Source: Marivirga sp.
Lineage (GTDB): Bacteria; Bacteroidota; Bacteroidia; Cytophagales; Cyclobacteriaceae
DNA: 64,000 bases
Direction: 5' to 3'
NCBI RefSeq assembly: GCF_035704835.1
Contig: NZ_DASSWQ010000014.1
Coordinates: 5,613 to 69,612 of the forward strand
Made by a program: the position numbers and the translations under genes. The notes under the pieces were generated by a model. It saw nothing but the letters and a program-made list of their open reading frames with translations. It made no database searches and had not been told where the DNA came from. Within the stretch, counting starts at the first letter, position 1. Every line of letters begins with the position of its first letter. Of the stretch, positions 9,422 through 16,811 are shown in pieces.

Positions 9422-10235
9422 ATCCTATTGATTTTAAAATATTATTTATTCGTTTAAGGTGGGGCTTCTCCAAAATTTGACCTTCTATTTTAGCTATTGT
9501 AAAATTGGATTTCCCTCCGATATCATCTATATATTGTTTTACTTTTTTTGCAAATAATATGTCTTTCGCAGTAAAATTAGAAAGATTCTTCAGAATATTT
9601 AATTGCCAAGGATGTATTATAAATTTAGACTCAAAGCCTTTGCTAATTCCATCACGACATTCATTCTGAAATTCATTTTCATCATTTATATTCATGGAAG
9701 CAATATCTATTGTCTCTTTTTCAAATGCTTTGGCAGTATTTAAAATTTTCATTCTGGCCCATAAAATATTTTCACTTGTATGTTCCATTCCCATAGCATC
9801 ACAATAATCGTGGCTACCCAAACCAATTGCTTCAACATACTCTGTTTGAGCAATTTCATCTAAAAAAATCAAGGCTTTTGGACTTTCGATCAAAACTATT
9901 AAACGTGGATCCTTTCTCAGGTTCTTAGAAATAAATAATGCGAATTCTTCAATTTCTTTTGAATTTTCGACTTTTGGCAAAACAAATCTGTGAAACCCCT
10001 CTTTTAGCAACGGTAATAAATATTTATAATTTCCACTAGTTGTTTTATAGGTATTTATCACCCTTGTATAGGTGTGATTCGGTAAATTATAGTTTAAGAT
10101 ATTATTTATAGCTTCATCAACATTTGTGTTGTGAATTGCATCTTCTAAATCCAATATAATCTCATCCGATTCTATATTGGTTGCCTGTTTGAGGAATTTC
10201 TCATTATTAGCTGGTATGAAAAAGTAACTTTTCAT
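9408..10235 (-). CDS. Second, more divergent CitE/HpcH-family lyase
   Basis: SYFFIPA, LDLEDAI, RVIN, LPKVE, LIESP, GSHDY, KFIIHPWQ. Confidence 0.85.
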   Translation of the reverse strand: MKSYFFIPANNEKFLKQATNIESDEIILDLEDAIHNTNVDEAINNILNYNLPNHTYTRVINTYKTTSGNYKYLLPLLKEGFHRFVLPKVENSKEIEEFALFISKNLRKDPRLIVLIESPKALIFLDEIAQTEYVEAIGLGSHDYCDAMGMEHTSENILWARMKILNTAKAFEKETIDIASMNINDENEFQNECRDGISKGFESKFIIHPWQLNILKNLSNFTAKDILFAKKVKQYIDDIGGKSNFTIAKIEGQILEKPHLKRINNILKSIGYDTI

Positions 10236-10900
10236 CCCTTTAACAAAAAGTTAAATTTCATTTCTGCACTTTTCCAATCATCTTCTGTATCTATGTCCTG
10301 TACGTATTCTGCAGGAATCACTAATGCTCCTCTCTTGTCCGACCGTAAGCCTTTTTCTGATTTCATCCAATAAAACTGCCCCGCATCGTGATAAGCATCT
10401 TCAAGATCCTGCGACCTGGATTTTAAAAATTCAGGATAAAACCAATCTACTTTCCCTTCATTTGATATTTTCATTGCTCTTTGTATAGGGTAAGAAAATT
10501 TTGCAACTGGTCGCACTGAGTCAAAATCTTGACCTTTTAACATATTAAGAGAACTGATTAAGTGCTTTCGTTGAATTAGAGGTGAGGTTGATAACATGCA
10601 ACAAGCATATTTGAATTTCCCTTTATAAAAGGATAATACTTCATCGACAACATCTGCCAAAGGTGCATAATCATCAGCATTTTCCTTCGATCGCATAAAA
10701 GGTACATTTGCCCCATACTTCTTGGCTACTTCAACGATTTCCTCATCATCAGTTGAAACCATAACCTCATCAAATAAACCCGATTGCAAAGCAGTTTCAA
10801 TGGAATAAGCTATAATAGGTTTACCTAAAAAGTCCTTAATATTTTTTCTAGGAATTCTTTTGCTTCCTCCTCTTGCCGGTATGATGCAAAGATTACTCAT
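10232..10900 (-). CDS. pseF: Pseudaminic acid cytidylyltransferase
   Basis: IIPARGGSKRIPRKNIKDF, RSQDLEDAYHDAGQFYW, VQDIDTEDDW. Confidence 0.95.
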   Translation of the reverse strand: MSNLCIIPARGGSKRIPRKNIKDFLGKPIIAYSIETALQSGLFDEVMVSTDDEEIVEVAKKYGANVPFMRSKENADDYAPLADVVDEVLSFYKGKFKYACCMLSTSPLIQRKHLISSLNMLKGQDFDSVRPVAKFSYPIQRAMKISNEGKVDWFYPEFLKSRSQDLEDAYHDAGQFYWMKSEKGLRSDKRGALVIPAEYVQDIDTEDDWKSAEMKFNFLLKG

Positions 10901-12081
10901 TTGTAGAATTCAATAATTTTGTTGATTACAAATTCTTGATCTTCAATAGGTAAAGTGGGGAACATCGGCAAACTTAAACAATTTTTATAATAAGTTTCTG
11001 CATTAGGCATATCGCCTTCCTTCCATCCAAAACTTCTATAATACGGCATCAAATGAGTAGGAATATAATGAATCTGAGCAAATATTTTATTTTCTCTCAA
11101 ATGGTTGTAAAGTCCCAATCTATCTTCCACTTCAATAACATATAAATGATAGGCATGACCTTTAACTACTCCAGATTGACCTATGATAAAATTTTCCCCT
11201 TCAAATGCTTCAAAATATTTCTTTGCAATTTCTTGGCGTCTCGCTAATCCTTCATCAGCTCTTTTTAACTGGCTTAGACCTAGAGCAGCCTGGAAATCAG
11301 TTAATCTGTAATTATATCCAAGGTCCTGCATTTCCATGTACCAGGCAGGATAAGAACTGTCACCGCCTGCAAATTCAATAGAGTTATCATAAGAACTTTC
11401 ATCCTTAGTGATACCGTGTGTCCTTAGTTTTAAAAGCTTATGGTATAATTCTACATCATTGGTAGAGACCATTCCACCTTCACCTGCAGCAATGTGTTTT
11501 ACTGGGTGAAAAGAAAAAATCGCTAAATCTGCAAATTTTCCATTTCCACAGTTTTGATTCTGTCCTTTGCTATCTGTAAAGTATCCTCCTGGAGAGTGAC
11601 AAGAATCCTCAATTATCCATAAGCCATATTCATCAGCTAATTCTCTAAAAGCTTCAAGATTTACGGCTCGTCCTGCAAAATCTACTGGTATAATGCCTTT
11701 GTAAGTTCCTTTGGGTGAAGCTTCTAGCAGTTTTCTTACTTTATTAATATCTAATAAATATGTTTCAGGATCAATATCTGCAAAAACCACTTCGCCACCA
11801 CAATACTTTACGCAATTGGCAGAAGCGGCAAAAGTAATTGGGGTGGTAATGACTTTATCACCTTCTTTTACATTTAAAGCAAGGCAATTTAAATGTAGGG
11901 CTGCTGTTCCATTAGCAACGGCAACTGCATATTTGGACCCTATATATTGGGCGAAAGCATCTTCAAATTCCTTGATTTTAGGACCTTGGGTAAGATAGTC
12001 CGATTGCAAGGTTTCCACTACTGCCTGAATATCAGTCTCTGTAATGTTTTGCTTTCCGTATGGGATTATTTGTTGGCTCAT
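10897..12081 (-). CDS. pseC: UDP-4-amino-4,6-dideoxy-N-acetyl-beta-L-altrosamine transaminase
   Basis: IPYGKQ, LTQGP, SFHPVKHI (PLP Lys), GEGG, LGYNYR. Confidence 0.95.
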   Translation of the reverse strand: MSQQIIPYGKQNITETDIQAVVETLQSDYLTQGPKIKEFEDAFAQYIGSKYAVAVANGTAALHLNCLALNVKEGDKVITTPITFAASANCVKYCGGEVVFADIDPETYLLDINKVRKLLEASPKGTYKGIIPVDFAGRAVNLEAFRELADEYGLWIIEDSCHSPGGYFTDSKGQNQNCGNGKFADLAIFSFHPVKHIAAGEGGMVSTNDVELYHKLLKLRTHGITKDESSYDNSIEFAGGDSSYPAWYMEMQDLGYNYRLTDFQAALGLSQLKRADEGLARRQEIAKKYFEAFEGENFIIGQSGVVKGHAYHLYVIEVEDRLGLYNHLRENKIFAQIHYIPTHLMPYYRSFGWKEGDMPNAETYYKNCLSLPMFPTLPIEDQEFVINKIIEFYK

Positions 12082-13088
12082 ACTTCAAAAGAAGGGTCTA
12101 CATGTTCTTTAATTAGGGTGCGTAAACTTTCAATAGTTTCCCACTCCGTGTTCTCTCCAGAATTATACTGAAATCCTTTTTCTACCTTTTTGGCGTTAAA
12201 TTGTTTGATATAATCTTCTAACTTCCATTTATGAGTTGCTGGTAAAATAGTATAATATTTTCCCAAATCATAAGTGTAATATGAATCGGATGAAGTGATC
12301 ATTTCTTCATGAACTTTCTCCCCGGGTCTGATTCCCACTTCAGGTTTTTCGCATTCCGGACCAATAGCTTCTGCAACATCAGTAATTTTATAAGATGGAA
12401 TCTTAGGAACGAATAATTCGCCTCCCCAGGCATATTCTAAGGCATGCATTACCATATCTACACCCCCTTGAAGTGAAATATTAAAACGCGTCATGGAAGG
12501 ATCTGTAATAGGTAAAACTCCATCTTTCTTTTTGTTTAAGAAAAATGGAATGACAGACCCATTGGATCCCATAACATTCCCATATCTTACAACTGAAAAC
12601 TTTATAGGGTTATTTCCTTTGATATTGTTTGCAGCTATAAATAGCTTATCAGAAGTTAATTTAGTAGCACCGTAAAGATTGATAGGTGCGCAAGCTTTAT
12701 CTGTTGAAAGTGCCACAACACGTTCTACTTTAGTAGCAAAACATGCATCAATCACATTCTGTGCTCCATTAACATTTGTTTTAATACACTCATCAGGGTT
12801 ATATTCTGCAATAGGAACATGCTTCATAGCAGCTGCATGGATTACATAATCAATACCTTGCATAGCCCTTCTTAATCTTTCTCCATCTCTTACATCACCA
12901 ATAAAAAACCTTATTTGAGGGTATTTATTATGAGGATATTCCTGAGCCATTTGAAACTGTTTTTGCTCATCTCTGGAAAAAATAACGACCCTTTTTACAT
13001 TTGGATAAATATCAAAGATATGTTTGGTTAATGCTTTTCCCAGTGAGCCTGTTCCGCCCGTTATTAAAACTGCTTTGTTATTCAACAT
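12078..13088 (-). CDS. pseB: UDP-GlcNAc 4,6-dehydratase (inverting)
   Basis: TGGTGSLG, SRDEQKQ, LSTDKA, NLYGATK, RYGNVMGSNGSV. Confidence 0.96.
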   Translation of the reverse strand: MLNNKAVLITGGTGSLGKALTKHIFDIYPNVKRVVIFSRDEQKQFQMAQEYPHNKYPQIRFFIGDVRDGERLRRAMQGIDYVIHAAAMKHVPIAEYNPDECIKTNVNGAQNVIDACFATKVERVVALSTDKACAPINLYGATKLTSDKLFIAANNIKGNNPIKFSVVRYGNVMGSNGSVIPFFLNKKKDGVLPITDPSMTRFNISLQGGVDMVMHALEYAWGGELFVPKIPSYKITDVAEAIGPECEKPEVGIRPGEKVHEEMITSSDSYYTYDLGKYYTILPATHKWKLEDYIKQFNAKKVEKGFQYNSGENTEWETIESLRTLIKEHVDPSFEV

Positions 13089-13110
13089 ATTTAATATATT
13101 ACAAAAATTT

Positions 13111-14361
13111 CTATAATCTTTTACTTACTAAACCTCTCTCAAAAAATCCTTTAATGTCATAAGTGACTCCATTTTCATTTAAATGGTTGGATAAGTTGAA
13201 ATCTTTAAATTCTTTATGTGAAACTGCTAAAACGATAGCATTATAATCTGAGCCTGGCTTTTCAATTAAGTCAACCCCGTACTCATGTTTCACTTCTTCT
13301 TTATCTGCTTGTGGGTCGTAGGTTTCTACTTCTATGCCGTAAGATTGCAGTTCTTTAATGACATCTATTACTTTGCTGTTTCGAATGTCAGGACAATTTT
13401 CTTTAAAAGTTATACCCAAAACCAAAGCTTTAGAACCTTTGATTACAGAGCCCTTTTGTGCCATTAGTTTTACCACTGAACTGGCTACGTGAGCACCCAT
13501 ATTGTCATTGATTCTCCTTCCTGACAAGATCACTTGCGGATGATAACCTAATGATTCTGCTTTGTGGGTTAAATAATAAGGATCAACTCCTATACAATGT
13601 CCACCTACTAGCCCTGGCTTAAACGGTAAGAAATTCCATTTAGTACCAGCTGCTTCTAATACATCGGCAGTATCAATTCCCATTTTATCAAAAATTAATG
13701 CCAGCTCATTTACGAAAGCAATATTTAAATCTCTTTGTGAGTTTTCAATTACTTTTGCGGCTTCCGCTACTTTGATAGTGGCTGCTTTATGTGTTCCTGC
13801 GGTAATAATTTCTTTATATAATTGATCTACCTCTTCAGCAATTTCTGGCGTACTTCCAGAGGTTACTTTTTTAATGGTAGGTAATCGGTGCTCTTTATCT
13901 CCCGGATTAATTCTTTCTGGTGAATAACCACAGAAAAAGTCTTGATTGAATTTCAAGCCACTTTCTTTTTCCAAAATAGGCACGCAATCATCTTCCGTAC
14001 AACCTGGGTAAACGGTAGATTCATAAATCACAATATCTCCTTTTTTCAAAGTCTTCCCAACTGTGGCAGAAGCCATTTTCAATGGAGTTAAATCAGGCTG
14101 CTTATATTCATTGATAGGAGTAGGAACTGTAACAATATAATAGTCCGCATCCTTTAGATCTTCTATATCAGCTGTATATTGAAGATGTTTAGCACCTTTC
14201 AATTCCTCACTATCAACTTCCAAGGTTCGATCGTAACCATCTTTAAGCTCTTGAACACGTTTTTTATTAATGTCAAAACCTAAGACTTCTCTGTATTTGC
14301 CGAATTCTGCAGCTAAGGGAAGTCCCACATAGCCTAAACCAATTACTGCGATTTTTTTCAT
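13111..14361 (-). CDS. UDP-N-acetylhexosamine 6-dehydrogenase (TviB/WbpO type)
   Basis: [36 protein letters not shown]. Start moved to ATG 14361 (MKKIAVIG) because a promoter box overlaps the track's 5' extension. Confidence 0.93.
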   Translation of the reverse strand: MKKIAVIGLGYVGLPLAAEFGKYREVLGFDINKKRVQELKDGYDRTLEVDSEELKGAKHLQYTADIEDLKDADYYIVTVPTPINEYKQPDLTPLKMASATVGKTLKKGDIVIYESTVYPGCTEDDCVPILEKESGLKFNQDFFCGYSPERINPGDKEHRLPTIKKVTSGSTPEIAEEVDQLYKEIITAGTHKAATIKVAEAAKVIENSQRDLNIAFVNELALIFDKMGIDTADVLEAAGTKWNFLPFKPGLVGGHCIGVDPYYLTHKAESLGYHPQVILSGRRINDNMGAHVASSVVKLMAQKGSVIKGSKALVLGITFKENCPDIRNSKVIDVIKELQSYGIEVETYDPQADKEEVKHEYGVDLIEKPGSDYNAIVLAVSHKEFKDFNLSNHLNENGVTYDIKGFFERGLVSKRL

Positions 14362-14381
14362 ACTATAATCCAAATGAAGTG

Positions 14382-14389
14382 CAAAATTA
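14382..14389 (-). promoter_or_regulatory. Bacteroidota -7 promoter box for the polysaccharide operon
   Basis: TAATTTTG on the minus strand (consensus TAnnTTTG), 20 nt upstream of ATG 14361; no clear -33 box. Confidence 0.6.
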
Positions 14390-14483
14390 GTCATTTTCCA
14401 TAACTAAGGAAGTGAATGTGCTTTTAATATCAAATGTATTGGAAAAGTGAAAGTTAGATTAGAAAAGTTAAAGGCTTTTTAAC

Positions 14484-14535
14484 CACTGAATTGCACTAAA
14501 GATTTCACTAAGTACACTGAGGATAGCCGTAGGCT
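14484..14535. repeat. Short CACT(A/G)A repeats followed by an AGCC-GTA-GGCT hairpin
   Basis: CACT units at 14484, 14494, 14506 and 14515; hairpin 14525-14535. Confidence 0.5.
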
Positions 14536-14572
14536 GTTAATTTAACCACAAAGTAACAAAAAAATAAAAGGA

Positions 14573-14790
14573 CAGCCGAAGGCTGAATATATTCACGCCA
14601 AGACGCAATGGCGCAAAGTTTACGCAACGAAAAAATGACTAGCTAAAGATAAAGGTGTTTAGCCATTTATCCTCCTAGAATATTTCTACCTTCATCCTAG
14701 TCAGATCCTAATTAAAAAAACCTTTGCGGTTCACTTCAATCCTTTGCGTCATAGCGGCTCTGCGAGAGTAGTCACACAGCCTTTGGCTGT
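14573..14790. repeat. MITE/REPIN-like unit with composite inverted ends (triloop hairpin plus nCGCAAAG octamers)
   Basis: Left: CAGCC-GAA-GGCTG then ACGCCAAG-ACGCAATG-GCGCAAAG. Right: CTTTGCG..CTTTGCGTCATAGCGGCTCTGCG then ACAGCC-TTT-GGCTGT. Confidence 0.6.
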
Positions 14791-14849
14791 TAATTTTTTG
14801 CTTCTTCTTTTCTTTAGCGAAAACTAAAAAATATTTCCGTATATACTTT

Positions 14850-14878
14850 TTTGAAATGGAATTTACTTCTTACCTTTG
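14850..14878 (+). promoter_or_regulatory. Bacteroidota promoter for tRNA-His
   Basis: TTTG (14850-14853), 17-nt spacer, TACCTTTG (14871-14878). Confidence 0.65.
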
Positions 14879-14889
14879 TGAGCCAAAAT

Positions 14890-14964
14890 GGTGGATGTAG
14901 CTCAGTTGGTTAGAGTATCGGTTTGTGGTACCGAGGGTCGTGGGTTCGAGCCCCATCTTCCACC
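14890..14964 (+). tRNA. tRNA-His (GTG); CCA not encoded
   Basis: Cloverleaf: G-1, acceptor GTGGATG/CTTCCAC (one mismatch), D arm GCTC/GAGT, anticodon stem TCGGT/ACCGA with loop TTGTGGT, T arm GTGGG-TTCGAGC-CCCAT, discriminator C. Confidence 0.96.
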
Positions 14965-14971
14965 CAAAAGA

Positions 14972-14999
14972 GCCTCTACAGTTAGTAGAGGCACTTTTT
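14972..14999 (+). terminator. Rho-independent terminator after tRNA-His
   Basis: GCCTCTAC-AGTTA-GTAGAGGC followed by ACTTTTT. Confidence 0.8.
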
Positions 15000-15228
15000 C
15001 TCAATTTGATATCATAATTGATATTTTTCTTGCCCAAGTTTTCTAAGAAAACAATCAACAAATTCGATTGAAATCGAATCAGTTGACAAAATTTATTTGT
15101 AATCATTTCATTTATTCTTGGCTTAGCGATTAGACGGATCGAACCGTCAAACCGTAAAGTTCAGTTATGCCGCCTACAAGGCTTTCCAAAATTATTAACT
15201 CTCAAATTTTTAATTGTTAATTAATAAG

Positions 15229-15429
15229 ACCTCTCTGTCCTTCGGACATCTCCCCTAAAACAAGGGAGCAACAGATTGTGCCAAACATGAGAAGTTTGCC
15301 TAAGAAAAACTCTTATACTTCAAAACAGAACAAACAAAAGATTTAAAATAAACAGTATAAATTGGCTAGAAGCAGTTCCCCACTCCCCTCCTTACAAAAA
15401 GGAGGGCTGCCCGAAGGGCGGGGTGGTTG
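15229..15429. repeat. 201-bp direct repeat, copy 1 (palindromic REP-like ends, AT-rich core)
   Basis: Aligns without gaps to 15936-16136 (offset 707 nt) with 7 mismatches counted by eye. Confidence 0.95.
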
Positions 15430-15516
15430 TCAAAACCTGTGCCCGAGAGCGGGGCGGTTGCATAAATTCAAAATTAAATCAGATTCTTTTTTAAAATATC
15501 AGAGCTTTTTATTTAA

Positions 15517-15912
15517 TTGAAATCGCAACAATACATAGTTAGTCCCTTGAAAAACTATCAAATCCATAATAGACCTGAACTAAAAGAATACAGAAAAAGA
15601 CTGAGAAACAATGGTACACCTGCAGAAGCCTTTTTGTGGAATTACTTAAAAGCCAAACAATTAAAAGGCAGGAAATTCAGAAGGCAATTTAGTGTAGGAA
15701 ACTATATTTTAGATTTTTATTGCCCTGCTGAAAAACTTTGTATTGAATTGGACGGTGCCGACCATTTTACTTCAGCAGGTTATCAAAATGACGAGGAAAG
15801 AACAAATTATTTAAATCATCTCGGAATCAAAGTTATTAGATTTGAAAATAAAACAGTTTTTGATGCAACTGAAAGTGTGTTGGAGACTATTGTGAGTAAT
15901 TTTAAGGAGTGA
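15517..15912 (+). CDS. DUF559 / Vsr-like endonuclease domain protein
   Basis: LRNNGTPAEAFLW, KFRRQ, ILDFYC, IELDGADH, D..RT.YL..LG.KVIRFEN. No ATG; TTG at 15517 or 15547. Confidence 0.92.
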   Translation: MKSQQYIVSPLKNYQIHNRPELKEYRKRLRNNGTPAEAFLWNYLKAKQLKGRKFRRQFSVGNYILDFYCPAEKLCIELDGADHFTSAGYQNDEERTNYLNHLGIKVIRFENKTVFDATESVLETIVSNFKE

Positions 15913-15935
15913 AAAAGCTCTTAAACCGCTGAATA

Positions 15936-16136
15936 ACCCCTCAGTCCTTCGGACAGCTCCCCTAAAACAGGGGAGCAACAGATTGTGCTAAACATGAGAA
16001 GTTTGCCTAAGAAAAACTCTTATACTTCAAAGCAGAACAAACATAAGATTTAAAATAAACAGTATAAATTGGCTAGAAGCAGTTCCCCACTCCCCTCCTT
16101 ACAAAAAGGAGGGCTGCCCGAAGGGCGGGGTGGTTG
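15936..16136. repeat. 201-bp direct repeat, copy 2
   Basis: See copy 1. Followed by a partial extra end, AGTCCGAAGGGCAGGGTGGTTG (~16143-16164). Confidence 0.95.
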
Positions 16137-16225
16137 CAAATCAGTCCGAAGGGCAGGGTGGTTGAGTTGCTTGTGTGTGGCAATCAAAAAACCAAAAAAT
16201 AAATATTGAATAAATTAGCCATTTT

Positions 16226-16260
16226 TCCTTCTCCAATAGGAGAAGGATTAAAGGATGAGG
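16226..16260. repeat. Solo REP-like hairpin with purine tail
   Basis: TCCTTCTCC-AATA-GGAGAAGGA then TTAAAGGATGAGG. Confidence 0.65.
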
Positions 16261-16325
16261 CTTAATAAAAGCTTAACTTAACGACATTGAGCCTTTGGCT
16301 GGAGGCTAAATAATCTAAGCGAATC

Positions 16326-16353
16326 TTCCCCTTTTGGGGGAATTAAAGTGGGC
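16326..16353. repeat. Solo REP-like hairpin with purine tail
   Basis: TTCCCC-TTTTG-GGGGAA then TTAAAGTGGGC. Confidence 0.5.
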
Positions 16354-16359
16354 TGGCAC

Positions 16360-16398
16360 AAAAAAAGTCTCCCCGATTTTGACATCAGAGAGACTTTT
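16360..16398 (-). terminator. Terminator of rpmE2
   Basis: Minus-strand RNA GUCUCUCUGAU-GUCAAA-AUCGGGGAGAC followed by U7. Confidence 0.75.
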
Positions 16399-16423
16399 AG
16401 AAAGAAATGATAATCTAAAATTA

Positions 16424-16669
16424 TTACTTCTTTTTGTATTTTTGGTTGAACTTCTCCACACGACCTGCAGTATCCAAGAAGATTTTCTTTCCTGTATAAA
16501 AAGGGTGAGAAGCTGAACTAACTTCGATTTTAATTACTGGATATTCTTTACCATCTTCCATTTTAATGGTTTCACCTGAGGACATTGTAGACCTCGTTAA
16601 GAATTTCACATCTGCTTGAGTATCCCAAAACACAACTTCTTTGTATTCCGGATGAGTATCTTTTTTCAT
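16424..16669 (-). CDS. rpmE2: 50S ribosomal protein L31 type B
   Basis: [29 protein letters not shown]; no Zn-ribbon cysteines. Confidence 0.97.
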   Translation of the reverse strand: MKKDTHPEYKEVVFWDTQADVKFLTRSTMSSGETIKMEDGKEYPVIKIEVSSASHPFYTGKKIFLDTAGRVEKFNQKYKKK

Positions 16670-16719
16670 AACTACTAAATTAAATTATTGATTTCCAACC
16701 AATTCTTTTAAAAGGAATG

Positions 16720-16751
16720 CAAAAATAAGGGAAGCTTTTGTTCTTTCCAAA
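16720..16751 (-). promoter_or_regulatory. Bacteroidota promoter for rpmE2
   Basis: Minus strand TTTG, 20-nt spacer, TATTTTTG. Confidence 0.7.
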
Positions 16752-16811
16752 CCACCACCTATTTATTGGTCATATATTTTTGGTTATCTTGCACCCGCTA
16801 ATTTATTCAAT

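Noticed and set aside
14362-14394. 11-aa N-terminal extension of the dehydrogenase ORF
   Set aside because: Overlaps a TAnnTTTG promoter box; family similarity begins at MKKIAVIG.
14870-15106. 78-aa minus-strand ORF
   Set aside because: Antisense to tRNA-His and its terminator; the typical tRNA shadow translation (GLEPTTLG).
15120-15185. tRNA-like hairpin GACGG-TTCGAT-CCGTC on the minus strand
   Set aside because: The loop is 6 nt, and no acceptor, D or anticodon arms could be built around it.
15229-16136. 201-bp repeats as a CRISPR array or IS ends
   Set aside because: Only two long copies, no spacer periodicity, no cas gene and no DDE/HUH transposase in the window.
14890-16400. Prophage or integrative element at tRNA-His
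   Set aside because: No integrase, and I found no duplicated tRNA 3' end (att site) in the window.
16424-16669. Zinc-free L31 as a sign of a zinc-starvation island
   Set aside because: Type-B L31 is the usual form in this phylum, and no Zur-type context is visible.
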